This document shows positions 51,285 to 61,351 of a stretch of 64,000 bases of DNA, piece by piece. Positions within the stretch are counted from its first letter, which is position 1. Every line of letters starts with the position of its first letter. Source of the DNA: Sulfolobales archaeon (GTDB lineage: Archaea; Thermoproteota; Thermoprotei_A; Sulfolobales; NBVN01); contig JAWBTQ010000005.1 of the NCBI GenBank assembly GCA_038841535.1, forward strand, positions 27,242 to 91,241, given 5' to 3'. Both the position numbers and the translations under genes were made by a program. The notes beneath the pieces were generated by a model. The model was not told where the DNA came from. It searched no databases and was given only the letters and a program-made list of their open reading frames with translations.

Positions 51285-52059
51285 TTTTCCCCAGCACCTT
51301 CATGTATACGTCCTCGAATTTTGCTCCCTCTCCAGCAGCTCTAAGTACGGAATCCATAGTGCCTTCCAGAATCAATTTGCCCTTATTGATTATGCCCACT
51401 CTGGAGCACACTCCCTCAATAAGGGGCAGCATGTGGCTAGATATAAGGAATGAAATGCTAGATTCTTTAGCTAGACGCAAAACCTCTCTTTTAAACGTTA
51501 CTTGAGTATCTATCTCTATGTTAGTCAGCGGTTCATCCATAACAACTATCTTCGGTTTAACTACTAGGGACGCAGCTATGGCTGTTTTCTGAAGTCCTCC
51601 CCGAGACAGAGCCCTTATGGGCTTCTTGGTTTCATCAGACATATTCAGTACGTCTACGTAGTACCTTATGCTCTCTTCTACCTCAAACTTCTTAAATCCC
51701 CTAAGGGCGGCTACGTAGTACAGAAACTCTAACGGAGTAAGGTAGCCAGGTAGATTTGGGTAATCCGGCACGTAACTAACTCTCATGAGTGCTTCGCATC
51801 TATTGGTCCACACATCGTAGCCATCTATAACTACTGACCCACGGTCTGGTCTGAGGAGGCCGACTATCATCCTCAACGTAGTCGTTTTACCTGCACCGTT
51901 AGGACCAACAAGACAGTACACCTCACCTTGGGAAACATCTATAGAGAGCCCGTCAACGGCTACGACATCACCAAACCTCTTAACCAGGTCTTTAGCTATT
52001 AAAATCCCATATTTCGCATCAATGTTTTTTGAAAGTAACGGTTCTAACTCGCTCATCAC
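51256..52059 (-). CDS. ABC transporter ATP-binding protein
   Basis: GPNGAGKTT, LSRGG, VMDEP and SSH motifs. Confidence 0.95.
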   Translation of the reverse strand: MMSELEPLLSKNIDAKYGILIAKDLVKRFGDVVAVDGLSIDVSQGEVYCLVGPNGAGKTTTLRMIVGLLRPDRGSVVIDGYDVWTNRCEALMRVSYVPDYPNLPGYLTPLEFLYYVAALRGFKKFEVEESIRYYVDVLNMSDETKKPIRALSRGGLQKTAIAASLVVKPKIVVMDEPLTNIEIDTQVTFKREVLRLAKESSISFLISSHMLPLIEGVCSRVGIINKGKLILEGTMDSVLRAAGEGAKFEDVYMKVLGKSVEEDTMGS

Positions 52060-52225
52060 TATATTATCTGCGATTTCAGTATTAAATAACTAGGTTACTA
52101 AAAACGTAAAGCATACTACTTCACGGAATCACTTCTTTACTAGTTTTGGTCACATGTTCTTCCGTAAATTGCGGTCTTTAGCACCTGTAGCAGCGATGAT
52201 TTTAACTTCGAACTCTATTTAAAAT

Positions 52226-52885
52226 ATGGTGATCCCTACGGCTTCTCAGGCAGAAGTTACACTTGTTAGGGCTTTCATTAAGATGAGGGAGGGACTACTA
52301 CTAGAGCTTATCGGTTGGGTCATCCTGGGCATAGGCCTCATGTTTATAATTGTTGGAGTTTTTGCTGCCATTTCGGCGGGGGCTTCACAACCTATTTCAC
52401 CAGGTGCTACAATGCGGAGAGCTGCCTTAGGGTGGGTTATCGCTAGTTTAGCACTACTTGTTATTGGTGCAGTAATCGCATTAGTAGGCTTTTATGCCAA
52501 ATTCGTACCAGGGGTTGGGGAGCTAGCTCGGGCTAGACCTGAATTCGGTACAGCGTCTAGCCTGATTAAGGTGGGTTACATAGGTGGACTAATACTACTC
52601 GTAGTTGGTGCTGTGCTGTTGATTGTGTTAGTCGGAGTCGTACTCATCTTGGTCGGGTTAGTGTTTCTCTTGGTGGGACATATAGGTGCGGCAATCTTAT
52701 GCTTCAAGCTAAATGACGCTTATAGAAACTCACTGTACCTAGCTGCCGGAATCATACTAGTGGTGTCCGTAATCTTCCCGATTCTCGGAGTCATCTCTTG
52801 GATCCTACTCTACATAGCTCTTGGGGACACGATTAGCAGGCTACAACCCCCTCCTACTGCAGTAAGCACTTTTCAGCAGGTCTAG
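52226..52885 (+). CDS. DUF973-like membrane protein
   Basis: Hydrophobic helices; GTASSLIKVGY and LYLAAGIIL pattern of crenarchaeal DUF973 proteins. Confidence 0.7.
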   Translation: MVIPTASQAEVTLVRAFIKMREGLLLELIGWVILGIGLMFIIVGVFAAISAGASQPISPGATMRRAALGWVIASLALLVIGAVIALVGFYAKFVPGVGELARARPEFGTASSLIKVGYIGGLILLVVGAVLLIVLVGVVLILVGLVFLLVGHIGAAILCFKLNDAYRNSLYLAAGIILVVSVIFPILGVISWILLYIALGDTISRLQPPPTAVSTFQQV

Positions 52886-53253
52886 CTTGAGTGACCCGGC
52901 AATTTGTTATACTTATTCGGTCTCTCTATTGCCAGCGCTTTACGCTCTCGCATTTATATCATCTTTCCTACCATATTCTCAGTGCCCTAATCAATAACAG
53001 AAAACCTATTGATAAGTTGATTAGGAAATATTTCGGTGTAAGTGTACCGGGAATGGCTTTAGGCATTCTAATGATACTACTTGCGATACCTGAGTCCGAA
53101 CACCTTTTAATTCGCTATCAATCGAATGTGATCTCTGCGTGAGTTCTCGAAGATGTTCTCTCAGGTAGCTGTGACCTATAGGGGTGGAAGCAAAGCAAAC
53201 CAATATAGCAAAAACAGACCCTAACCTTTACTAAACAGTGATAGTTTGAGTGA

Positions 53254-54714
53254 TTAACCTAGTATGCCTCTCCAGTACTTTACCTCATCTTCAGTTAATG
53301 GTAGCGGTACCTGCACTCTGCCTCCCCTTATTAGCTTCTCTAGCTCTGCTACTGCTCCCCAGATCCACGATGGTACTGAGTCCCTCATCTCTTTTACTCT
53401 TTTCTTGATCTCCTCTGGTGGCATTGGAAGGACAGGCTTACCCAATATCTTCTCAGCTGCTATACCCATTTCTATGAACTCGTCTAGGTCTGCTAAAGTG
53501 CTCACAGATATACCCTCCATCGGCACTCCCTCGACCTCGGTTCCAATGCCTAGTAGTAGAACTCCTCCGTACTTTTTAGATACTTCCTCAAATTTTCCGG
53601 TGAGAACTAAATAAGTCGCATAGTATACTCCCTTATCGACTCTCTTCATCATAGAAGCAACCACGAAGCCGGGATTTATCCAGTCTTGGTTAGCGTCGAC
53701 ACCTATCCAGAACGGTGGACCGATAATTAGACCTTTGGGTCTCACAATCTCATCTACGGCCTGATTTATACCTAGCCCCAAAGGCCCAGCTATATTGTAT
53801 ACTGCTACAGCACCTTTAGCATACATCTCTTTGGCTGCTAGGTACCCTTTAGTTATATCGCTAAAGGTGCCTGTGTAAACCCAGAGGACTCTCGACTTCG
53901 GGTCTGTAGCTAGAATGTTTCCAACAGTTTTCGACTTAGCTTCGTACTCAGCTGGGAAGTTCTTCTTAAACCACTCTACTGCCCAGTTACAACCCCACTT
54001 ATACCCTATTTCAAACTTCCAGAGAACCGGTATTTCGATACCTAGGACAGCACCTATGTACGGGTAGTTGTAGTGAATAGCAAGAAGGCAGCCTAATGCT
54101 CCAACTAAGGCACTGCCCTTGTGTTCCTCGAACTTTATATCTAGGAGGTTCGGCAGTGGGTACTTATTCGGGTACTTAGACTTTACGATATCCTGGGAGT
54201 ACGTGTCTATTCCGGCAAAATACTTGTTAGGAAACTCTAGTGCTACCTCCACGAGAGCTTCACTAAGCAGAAAGCCTACACCGACAATGAGCTTAACATT
54301 CGGGTCCATAGCAGCAGTCCTTAGGTTGGGGATATAATCTGCCTCAGTCTTGCTGATAAACTCTAGAACCTCTATACCGAAGTCCCTAGCCGCTTCATCC
54401 GCACCCTTAAACCCCATATCGTTAAAGCTTAAGTCACCCCTACCACCTATGTCTGAAACGACGGCTATCTTGAACTTCATAGTTGGTGGTGTTGTAGGTA
54501 TTGGAGTAGCAGTAACGGTATGTGTTACAGTACTAGTAACTGTAGTAGTTACACCGGGACCTATAGTGCGCTCTATGGTAACTGTAGTCGGCGTTATTGT
54601 GGCTGGGAGAATAGCATACATAATCCCGGCGGTTATAGCAGCTACTACAATAATCGTTATGAGAATAGCTATCACTGTGGAAGATCTTGGGTTAGTAGAC
54701 ATAGGCATCTCCAA
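53254..54714 (-). CDS. BMP-family (nucleoside) ABC substrate-binding protein
   Basis: Thr-rich linker; DIGGRGDLSFND, IGVDANQD and SMMKRVD motifs. Confidence 0.92.
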   Translation of the reverse strand: MEMPMSTNPRSSTVIAILITIIVVAAITAGIMYAILPATITPTTVTIERTIGPGVTTTVTSTVTHTVTATPIPTTPPTMKFKIAVVSDIGGRGDLSFNDMGFKGADEAARDFGIEVLEFISKTEADYIPNLRTAAMDPNVKLIVGVGFLLSEALVEVALEFPNKYFAGIDTYSQDIVKSKYPNKYPLPNLLDIKFEEHKGSALVGALGCLLAIHYNYPYIGAVLGIEIPVLWKFEIGYKWGCNWAVEWFKKNFPAEYEAKSKTVGNILATDPKSRVLWVYTGTFSDITKGYLAAKEMYAKGAVAVYNIAGPLGLGINQAVDEIVRPKGLIIGPPFWIGVDANQDWINPGFVVASMMKRVDKGVYYATYLVLTGKFEEVSKKYGGVLLLGIGTEVEGVPMEGISVSTLADLDEFIEMGIAAEKILGKPVLPMPPEEIKKRVKEMRDSVPSWIWGAVAELEKLIRGGRVQVPLPLTEDEVKYWRGILG

Positions 54715-54741
54715 GAAACACTGCTAACGTGATTAAAAAGC

Positions 54742-55734
54742 TTAGTCTTTGATGTAAGGTTGCCCGAGAGCTTTTGGAAACCTCCTCTTACCTATGAAGA
54801 TCGAGACTATAGCTAGCGTGACAATGTAGGGAATAGAGAGGACTAAGTGGTACGGTACCATTTCCTTAATTCCAGGGGTCACAGCTATAGCGTAAGCGAG
54901 TGCCTCCGAAAAGCCGAATATAAATGCGAAACCTAGAGAGAGAAGTGGCTCTAGACCACTTGCGACAACGCAAGCGAGTGCTATAAACCCTCTACCAGCA
55001 GAGATCTCCTTGACTACTCCACCAAACCAAGCTAGAGACATAAAGGCACCTCCCAAACCTGCTAAAGCACCACCAATTGTGGATAGTATCACCCTGAGGC
55101 TGTAAACACCGACACCAGCAACATCTACAGCCTCAGGGCTCTCACCACATGCTCTAATCCTTAAACCTAGGGGTGTCCTATAAAGGATAAAGTGAAGTAG
55201 GGCGGCCAGCGCTACAGCTAAGACCGAGAACTCGCTTATCCTGAAGTAGGTGTTGGCAAAGGACACTACACGCAGTGGTACGAGGACTTCCTTCGGTGGT
55301 ACTCTAATCCCTGGAAACCCCCAGGCAGCCATTAGAAAGTATGGTACGAAACCGTAGGCAAATATGTTTAAGCCTATGCCAGCCACTATTTGATTTGATC
55401 TAGCGTAAGTACTCAACAATCCGTGTATAAAGCCTAAGAGAGAGCCGATGATGGCTCCAACAACCACTCCAGCATATCCGTTGCCGAATTCCTCGGCACC
55501 GAAGACTGCTACTGTTGCTGTGATCAGGAATATACCATCTATGCCTATATTACTTACACCACCTTTTTCGTTTAGTGATTCGCCAATAGCAGCCAGGGCA
55601 AGAGGTGTCATAGCGAGTAAAGCCGCCTCCATAAGGCTCCCCGGACTCAGCCCGGTAAAGCCTAATAGAGCTAGTATAGCTACGAAAGCAGAAACAGCTA
55701 GGGAGGCTTTAAATAAAGTCCTCAAGTACCCCAC
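54742..55734 (-). CDS. Nucleoside/sugar ABC permease
   Basis: TPLALAAIGE..NEKGGVSNIG, GLRIRACGESP and GRGFIALA motifs. Confidence 0.92.
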   Translation of the reverse strand: MGYLRTLFKASLAVSAFVAILALLGFTGLSPGSLMEAALLAMTPLALAAIGESLNEKGGVSNIGIDGIFLITATVAVFGAEEFGNGYAGVVVGAIIGSLLGFIHGLLSTYARSNQIVAGIGLNIFAYGFVPYFLMAAWGFPGIRVPPKEVLVPLRVVSFANTYFRISEFSVLAVALAALLHFILYRTPLGLRIRACGESPEAVDVAGVGVYSLRVILSTIGGALAGLGGAFMSLAWFGGVVKEISAGRGFIALACVVASGLEPLLSLGFAFIFGFSEALAYAIAVTPGIKEMVPYHLVLSIPYIVTLAIVSIFIGKRRFPKALGQPYIKD

Positions 55735-56795
55735 CTCTTGAAGGCCCTTCTAACGAATCTTAGCGCTTCAGGAATAGAGAGAGCCATCACTATTAGTCCT
55801 ATGACAGCCCTACTGAGTTCCGAGCAGACACCTGCGTAGGGCTCCATAAACCTACTCCCATTCCACAGCCCACCTATTAAGATACTGCTGACCACTACTG
55901 CTGCTGGGTTGTTCATAGCTATTAGTGAGACCCCTATTCCGTCAAAGCCGGTGTTAGCTATATTGCCTAGTGTCCCGTATATAGACCACACAGGTGGCCT
56001 GCCAGTCACTATTAACCCTCCACCGAGACCTGCTAGAGAGCCGGACAGCAGATATGTTGCTATTATAGTTCTAGGTATGCTTACACCCCCATACCTAGCC
56101 GCATCTGGGTTGGCGCCAACTATCCTCATTTCGAAGCCGAGTTTTGTCAGCTTGAGGACCAAGTACGTTGTTACAGATGCTATTACCGCAACGTATATAG
56201 CCCCGGTCAGTATACTCCCACGGAAAAGTACTGGAAACCTCGCTTGAGGTTCAACTGGCAGGGACATCTCGGGTCTAGCTGGATTCGTTATTGGGCCTCT
56301 GACGAGGTACATGACGGTGTAAAAAGCAATCCAGTTAAACATTATTGAGGAGATGACTTCGTGGACTCCTCTAAGAACCTTCAGTAGTGCTGGTCCTAGA
56401 GCCCACATCATCCCGAGGATAGCTGATCCCAGCAATGCTAGTGGCATAGTAGCAAAGCCGAGGGTTGGCACGAGCTTAGGGAGTAAGCCTCCGAATACTA
56501 CAGCACCAACAGCACCCATGTACGCCTGACCCTCGGTTCCTATGTTAAAGATCCCAGCTGAAGCGCAAACAGCAAAGGCCGCTCCAGTGAGCATAAGTGG
56601 TGTAGCATAAGCCAAGCTGTCTAGAAAGACGGTGCTAGTTCCGAAGCCTCCGTAGAATAGCCAGTATAGCGCTTTTCCCGGGTCATAGCCGTAGATAGCC
56701 ATTAAGAAGGACGATGCTGCTAGCCCGATTATTAGGGCTAAAGACGCCTCAGCGATTCTCCTAAGCACGTAAACAACGGTGGTCCTCAAACTCAC
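55722..56795 (-). CDS. Nucleoside/sugar ABC permease
   Basis: TPLMLTG, FNIGTEGQ, HEVISSIMFN and GFDGIGVSL motifs. Confidence 0.92.
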   Translation of the reverse strand: MSLRTTVVYVLRRIAEASLALIIGLAASSFLMAIYGYDPGKALYWLFYGGFGTSTVFLDSLAYATPLMLTGAAFAVCASAGIFNIGTEGQAYMGAVGAVVFGGLLPKLVPTLGFATMPLALLGSAILGMMWALGPALLKVLRGVHEVISSIMFNWIAFYTVMYLVRGPITNPARPEMSLPVEPQARFPVLFRGSILTGAIYVAVIASVTTYLVLKLTKLGFEMRIVGANPDAARYGGVSIPRTIIATYLLSGSLAGLGGGLIVTGRPPVWSIYGTLGNIANTGFDGIGVSLIAMNNPAAVVVSSILIGGLWNGSRFMEPYAGVCSELSRAVIGLIVMALSIPEALRFVRRAFKRWGT

Positions 56796-56871
56796 TAAGA
56801 GCCCTAGAGAACTCTATGAAAGCACTTTTATACTCTTACCAAGTACTAATAAACTCGAGCACTATAGTCTA

Positions 56872-58443
56872 TTGGAGTACTCCTTGTCGGTGAAGATGGT
56901 CGATATACATAAGGTGTACTCTGATGGAACGGTCGCTCTGAGAGGTGTTAGCATAGAGGTCAAAGAGAGGGAGGTTCTCGGACTTCTTGGAGAAAACGGC
57001 GCTGGTAAGACTACTTTAATGAAGATATTGTCGGGGTTCCTCAAGCCTACAGCGGGACACATATACGTAGGCAGCAAACACGTGAAGTTCAGTTCACCGA
57101 GGGATGCTCTAAGACACGGCATAGCCATGGTTCATCAAGTCTTTACTCTAGTACCTAATCTTACGGCGTTGGAGAACATAGTGCTCGGATATGAGAGTAC
57201 TGGAAGTCTTGCCTCACTTATGCAGCCGGTAGATTATAAAGCACTCGCATCAAGGGTTGAGGATCTATGCTCTAGGCTTGGACTGCACGTACCATTAAAT
57301 GTACCAGTAGAAAAGCTCTCGTTAGGGCTTAGGCAGAGAGTAGAGATCCTTAAGGCCCTTTATAAGGGGGCTAGAATACTGATCCTGGATGAGCCAACGA
57401 CTTTTTTGACTCCAATAGAGGTAAGGGAGTTACTGAGGTTTATAGAGGACTTTAGGGGGAACGGTGGATCTGTAGTATTCATAACTCACAAGATAAAAGA
57501 AGCGCTTAAGGTAGCTGATAGAGTCGTCGTACTTAGGAAGGGTGTTGTAACTGGTGAAGTTCAGTCTTCAGAAGCAACTCCGGAGTTACTAGCAGAGCTT
57601 ATGGTCGGTAAGGAGGTCAGTCTCGATGTAGTCTTCAGAAGAGCTACCGAGGTTAAGAGTGCGGAACCTGTACTGAAAGTGGAAGACCTTTGGGTATACG
57701 GGGACCTCGGTGTACCGGCTGTTAAGGGAGTTTCGTTCGAGGTCTACCCTGGTGAGATATTTGGAATAGCAGGAGTTGAGGGGAACGGGCAGGACGAGCT
57801 AGTTGAGGCAGTAACGGGGCTTAGGAAGGCTTACTCCGGTAGAGTAGCTATTAATGGTGTAAGTATCGATAGGAGTAACCCACTTCTAGTATATAGAGCC
57901 GGCACATCTCATATCCCCGGCGATAGAGAAAGATTCGGTATAGTGCTAGAGTTCTCTATATCTGAAAACTCCGTAGTTGGGAGACAGTGGGAGCAATCGT
58001 TTTCGGGGAGGCTGGGGATCCGGTGGAGGAGAGTTAGGCAGTACGCAGAGGAAATAGTTAGGAAGTTTAACGTAGTGACACCAAGTGTTTCGGTCCCGGC
58101 TAGGGCTCTAAGTGGTGGTAATAGACAGAGGCTCCTGGTTGGCCGAGAGCTAACGCGTGACTCTAAACTCATAGTAGCAGTTCACCCGACCAAGGGTCTA
58201 GATATAGCGTCAACTGCTTACGTTAGAGAGCTGCTAGCAAAAGCTCGAGAGGAAGGGAGAGCAGTATTGCTTGTTTCAGCAGACTTAGAGGAAATACTAC
58301 AGCTTAGTGATAGAATAGCAGTGATGTACGAGGGAAGGTTTTTAGCCATAGGGAAGTCGGAGGACATGACGCTGGAAGAAATAGGGATGCTTATGGGGGG
58401 CGTAGTTCCGGAGAAACTGAGAATCAGTCGCTCCACGCACTAG
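56872..58443 (+). CDS. Nucleoside/sugar ABC ATP-binding protein (two ATPase domains)
   Basis: GENGAGKTT, LILDEPT, GVEGNGQ, LSGGNRQ and HPTKGLD motifs; TTG 56872 preferred over track start 56779, which would overlap the divergent permease. Confidence 0.93.
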   Translation: MEYSLSVKMVDIHKVYSDGTVALRGVSIEVKEREVLGLLGENGAGKTTLMKILSGFLKPTAGHIYVGSKHVKFSSPRDALRHGIAMVHQVFTLVPNLTALENIVLGYESTGSLASLMQPVDYKALASRVEDLCSRLGLHVPLNVPVEKLSLGLRQRVEILKALYKGARILILDEPTTFLTPIEVRELLRFIEDFRGNGGSVVFITHKIKEALKVADRVVVLRKGVVTGEVQSSEATPELLAELMVGKEVSLDVVFRRATEVKSAEPVLKVEDLWVYGDLGVPAVKGVSFEVYPGEIFGIAGVEGNGQDELVEAVTGLRKAYSGRVAINGVSIDRSNPLLVYRAGTSHIPGDRERFGIVLEFSISENSVVGRQWEQSFSGRLGIRWRRVRQYAEEIVRKFNVVTPSVSVPARALSGGNRQRLLVGRELTRDSKLIVAVHPTKGLDIASTAYVRELLAKAREEGRAVLLVSADLEEILQLSDRIAVMYEGRFLAIGKSEDMTLEEIGMLMGGVVPEKLRISRSTH

Positions 58444-58559
58444 CAAGGTAAGGACTAGTGCTTCACGGTCTAAGCACACTTCGTAAATATCTCTACTTAG
58501 AGCAGAAGGTTGGAGACTCTCAACGCAGTGTACGTGTGGCGATATCAGCAAATGTAAGC

Positions 58560-58950
58560 ATATTAATATAGCACAGCTAGTGCGGAGTCACGCTCATCCT
58601 TAATGTACTCGTGGGGTACTACTACAACTCCGATACCTTCGTTCTTCATTGAAGATCTTTATGAGTATGTAGGGAAGTATCACTAAATTAATGAAGGTGG
58701 GAACTACGGGCTTCTTAGTGGAGAGTACGAAGGGGGCTGGAATACCGCTCTGAATAGCTATTAACACGTTTCTGGGTTTCCTATCGGAGTCATTACAGAC
58801 CCTATGGTTAGAGAGTAAGCTAACAGTAAGAACATGAACTTGGGGGTTAAGCCCGCTGCTCTAGATGTAGTGTACGCTATTGCTGGACCCATTAAAGCCA
58901 CGGTGTCATTTACAGCAAACGCTGAGAGTACCGCTATGTCACTAGTAGAC
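58560..58950 (-). pseudogene. ArsB/NhaD/SLC13-like anion permease fragment
   Basis: Reads LSAFAVNDTVALMGP...LLLAYSLTIGSVMTPIGNP, then frameshifts into NVLIAIQSGIPAP...; no start and several breaks. Confidence 0.75.
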
Positions 58951-58985
58951 TAATGCCGCGAGAAGCTATTGTAGGCCAAAGTGCT

Positions 58986-59495
58986 CTAAAGGAATCCGGC
59001 GGAGTTTAGTGCCTCAATAGTCAGTCTAGCAGCTACTCTACATACTCTGCCGCACTTATTTCTAGCTCCACTCTCAACAAACTGTTTCCACTCCTCAGGG
59101 TTTCTTAGGTCGTAGTACCTCCCAAAGAGTTTTACGTGAATGTCTCGACATCTAACACTCCCGAATTCCTCTTTAAACTGGTCGAAAACCACCTTCGCCG
59201 TCTCCATGGCTCTAGAGTATTCAGCAGATTTTGAAGTATGTTCGAGCTTACTCCTTCCCATGGCTAGACCTACGGCCATGACTGCCCCTAAAAGTGCTCC
59301 ACATACTTCACCAGCTAAGGTCACTCCACCCGATAGAGCTGAAGCAGCTTTAAAAGATCCTAGGTCTTCTAGACCCAAGATCTCCTGAAGAGCCTTGAGG
59401 GTCATCTGGGCGCACCCACCGTAATTTCTGTGTAGCTCTTCCGCTAATGCTCCGGCTTTCTCTGCTAAACTACCTTTATGCGCCAACTCTTTCAA
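58986..59495 (-). CDS. C_GCAxxG_C_C family redox-active protein
   Basis: GGCAQ, EVCGALLG, FGSVRCRDI and KCGRV motifs. Confidence 0.88.
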   Translation of the reverse strand: MKELAHKGSLAEKAGALAEELHRNYGGCAQMTLKALQEILGLEDLGSFKAASALSGGVTLAGEVCGALLGAVMAVGLAMGRSKLEHTSKSAEYSRAMETAKVVFDQFKEEFGSVRCRDIHVKLFGRYYDLRNPEEWKQFVESGARNKCGRVCRVAARLTIEALNSAGFL

Positions 59496-60110
59496 CCAAT
59501 TAAATGCCTTAGGTATCGCTAAAATAAACTCTAAATCATAAACCTCTATAACAACAACTTAAGCCCACCATACCATATATTGGATGAGAGAACGCAAATC
59601 CTATTTCCTGGTAGTGGCTTCTTGTGCTCACTGTAGTGGCTCCAGCTTCATTTGAAAGTTTAGAAGTATGCTAACAACACTTTAGATAATTAGATGGCGC
59701 GTCTATTGAGTCAACGTACATAGTCCTTGATCTTCGAGATCCACCTAGCTATAGTGAGCTGTAGCCTCCTGCAGAATCATAGTTAGAGCTTCTTACTGAA
59801 TGAACTGTTACTACCAACCTTTTTCTAGGTGGTTCAAGTTTTCTTAGTAAGAAAAGAAGTAGCTCACCAAACTCTAAAAGCGGGGAATATGCATTAAAGC
59901 ACTTAAATGGGGGCACATTAAGTTAATTAGCCTCATTCAACCGGCTTAGTAGTGGTCCACAATTTACAGAGAGCATCCGCGGTGTTCCAGCTAGTAAGGA
60001 GCGAATTCTCTATGTGGGACTAAGGTAAAAACAGTAACTACAGTAGCAGTGTGTCACTCTACTCAAGGTGTTTAATTGCTAGGAGATATCGAAAGCACGA
60101 GTCCGCAAAC

Positions 60111-60587
60111 TTAAGTAGTAGAAGGTAGCTTTCTTCGTATGCGATGTCCGACCCTGTAGCCTAACCACTCAATTATTACCGTAATACCTGTTCCTGGCAA
60201 TGCTCCTGCGTATCCTATCGTATAAGTTCTTACTAACCGTACTAAGTTCTCATCAGATAGTCCCCCTAGGATTAGTGCCAGATTAAGTAGATAGATTGCA
60301 ACCGAAACGATTATGTAAGGCTTCAAGAATCTCGTCAACTTCATCACAAGGTGGTATAGTATGAAGTGAGCTACTACTACATACAAAACCCAGATGATGC
60401 TGTGGACTCCGGCAAACTCGTAACTGATAGTCTTACCCAACACTAAAACCCTTAAGAAAGGTTGAGGCAATAAGACCACTCCATAGCCCGGGAAGCTCAG
60501 CAAGAGTGTGATAACTATAGTGAGAACTATGTATGTAACACACGTAGTTATAGCTATAAGAGAAACTCTCCCTAAGTTGCCTACCAA
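60111..60587 (-). CDS. Hypothetical membrane protein
   Basis: Four hydrophobic segments; GGTGA RBS; TTTAAAT box. Confidence 0.65.
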   Translation of the reverse strand: MVGNLGRVSLIAITTCVTYIVLTIVITLLLSFPGYGVVLLPQPFLRVLVLGKTISYEFAGVHSIIWVLYVVVAHFILYHLVMKLTRFLKPYIIVSVAIYLLNLALILGGLSDENLVRLVRTYTIGYAGALPGTGITVIIEWLGYRVGHRIRRKLPSTT

Positions 60588-60654
60588 CTTATCACCGTAT
60601 TAAGATATCTAGTAACTAGTAATTAATTTAAAGCTTACCAAAAGCCTTAACAAC

Positions 60655-60920
60655 TGTTTCGAGTTTCGTGTTGGTTTGTGTTGCTTGATAGATTCTGCGG
60701 AAACGTTTATGAGTGCCTCCGCGTGGATCGGTGTGCGAGGTTACTCGATGAGTGGTCGAGAGCTACGTAGATGAGGTGCGGCCTCTACCCGAGTACTCAA
60801 GATGTGGGGTGCTAGGGGTCGCTTCGGACGCCCCCGAGCCCGATGAGGCCCCGAGCGAAATGCGGGGAAACCAGGATGAGGCGATGGAATAAACCAATAT
60901 AAACCAACATGAGAGTTGAA
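60655..60920 (+). mobile_element. Non-autonomous TnpB-IS derivative E2 (promoter plus omegaRNA-like segment)
   Basis: GT-rich left end; GAAACGTTTATGAG box; AGATGTGGGG at 60800; GC hairpins; ATAAACCAA twice. One frame reads YSRCGVLGVASDAPEPDEAPSEMRGNQDEAME*TNINQHES, which I recall as a crenarchaeal TnpB tail. Confidence 0.6.
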
Positions 60921-61055
60921 CCCCTTCAGTTTAATAGTGAATCAGTAACACGAGCCTACATCAGCTCTCAGACGGCAGTTTTTCCTCATCCAACTGAGTT
61001 GGTTTTCTAAGCTATTAACTCTAAGCTCTACCACATATTGCGAAGCTTCAAGGGA

Positions 61056-61323
61056 CTGTTCCCGCCTCGAGGTTTCTCCAGGTTTTCTGGGGAGGTTTTA
61101 CCTCCAGCAGCTCAACGCTCCTACCCACTACTCCAAGCGGGAGCCACGAGCCTCCTTCGAGTCCGGCAGCACGGGGTCCACATCTAATGGGTGATCATCA
61201 CCGAGAGACTCCGGGCATAACCCGCCAACACCCCCAAGGTCGGAGAATACACTAAACCCATCACTAACGTAAAAACAATACCGAAACCTCAATAAACCTT
61301 CACTAAAACAACTACAAGACCCT
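61056..61323 (-). mobile_element. Non-autonomous TnpB-IS derivative E3
   Basis: AAGGTTTATTGAG box; TAGATGTGGACCCCGTGCTGCCGGACTC aligns with E1 TAGATGGGAGCCCCGTGCCGTTGGGCTC; AAACCT repeats at both ends in opposite orientation; ends GGCGGGAACAG. Confidence 0.6.
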
Positions 61324-61351
61324 ATCAAGTAAGGTTGCGAAAATTATGGAA

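Noticed and set aside
60838-60875. Hammerhead-like CCGATGAG...GAAA
   Set aside because: The core would need CTGATGA and correct stems I and III, which are absent; better explained as part of element E2.
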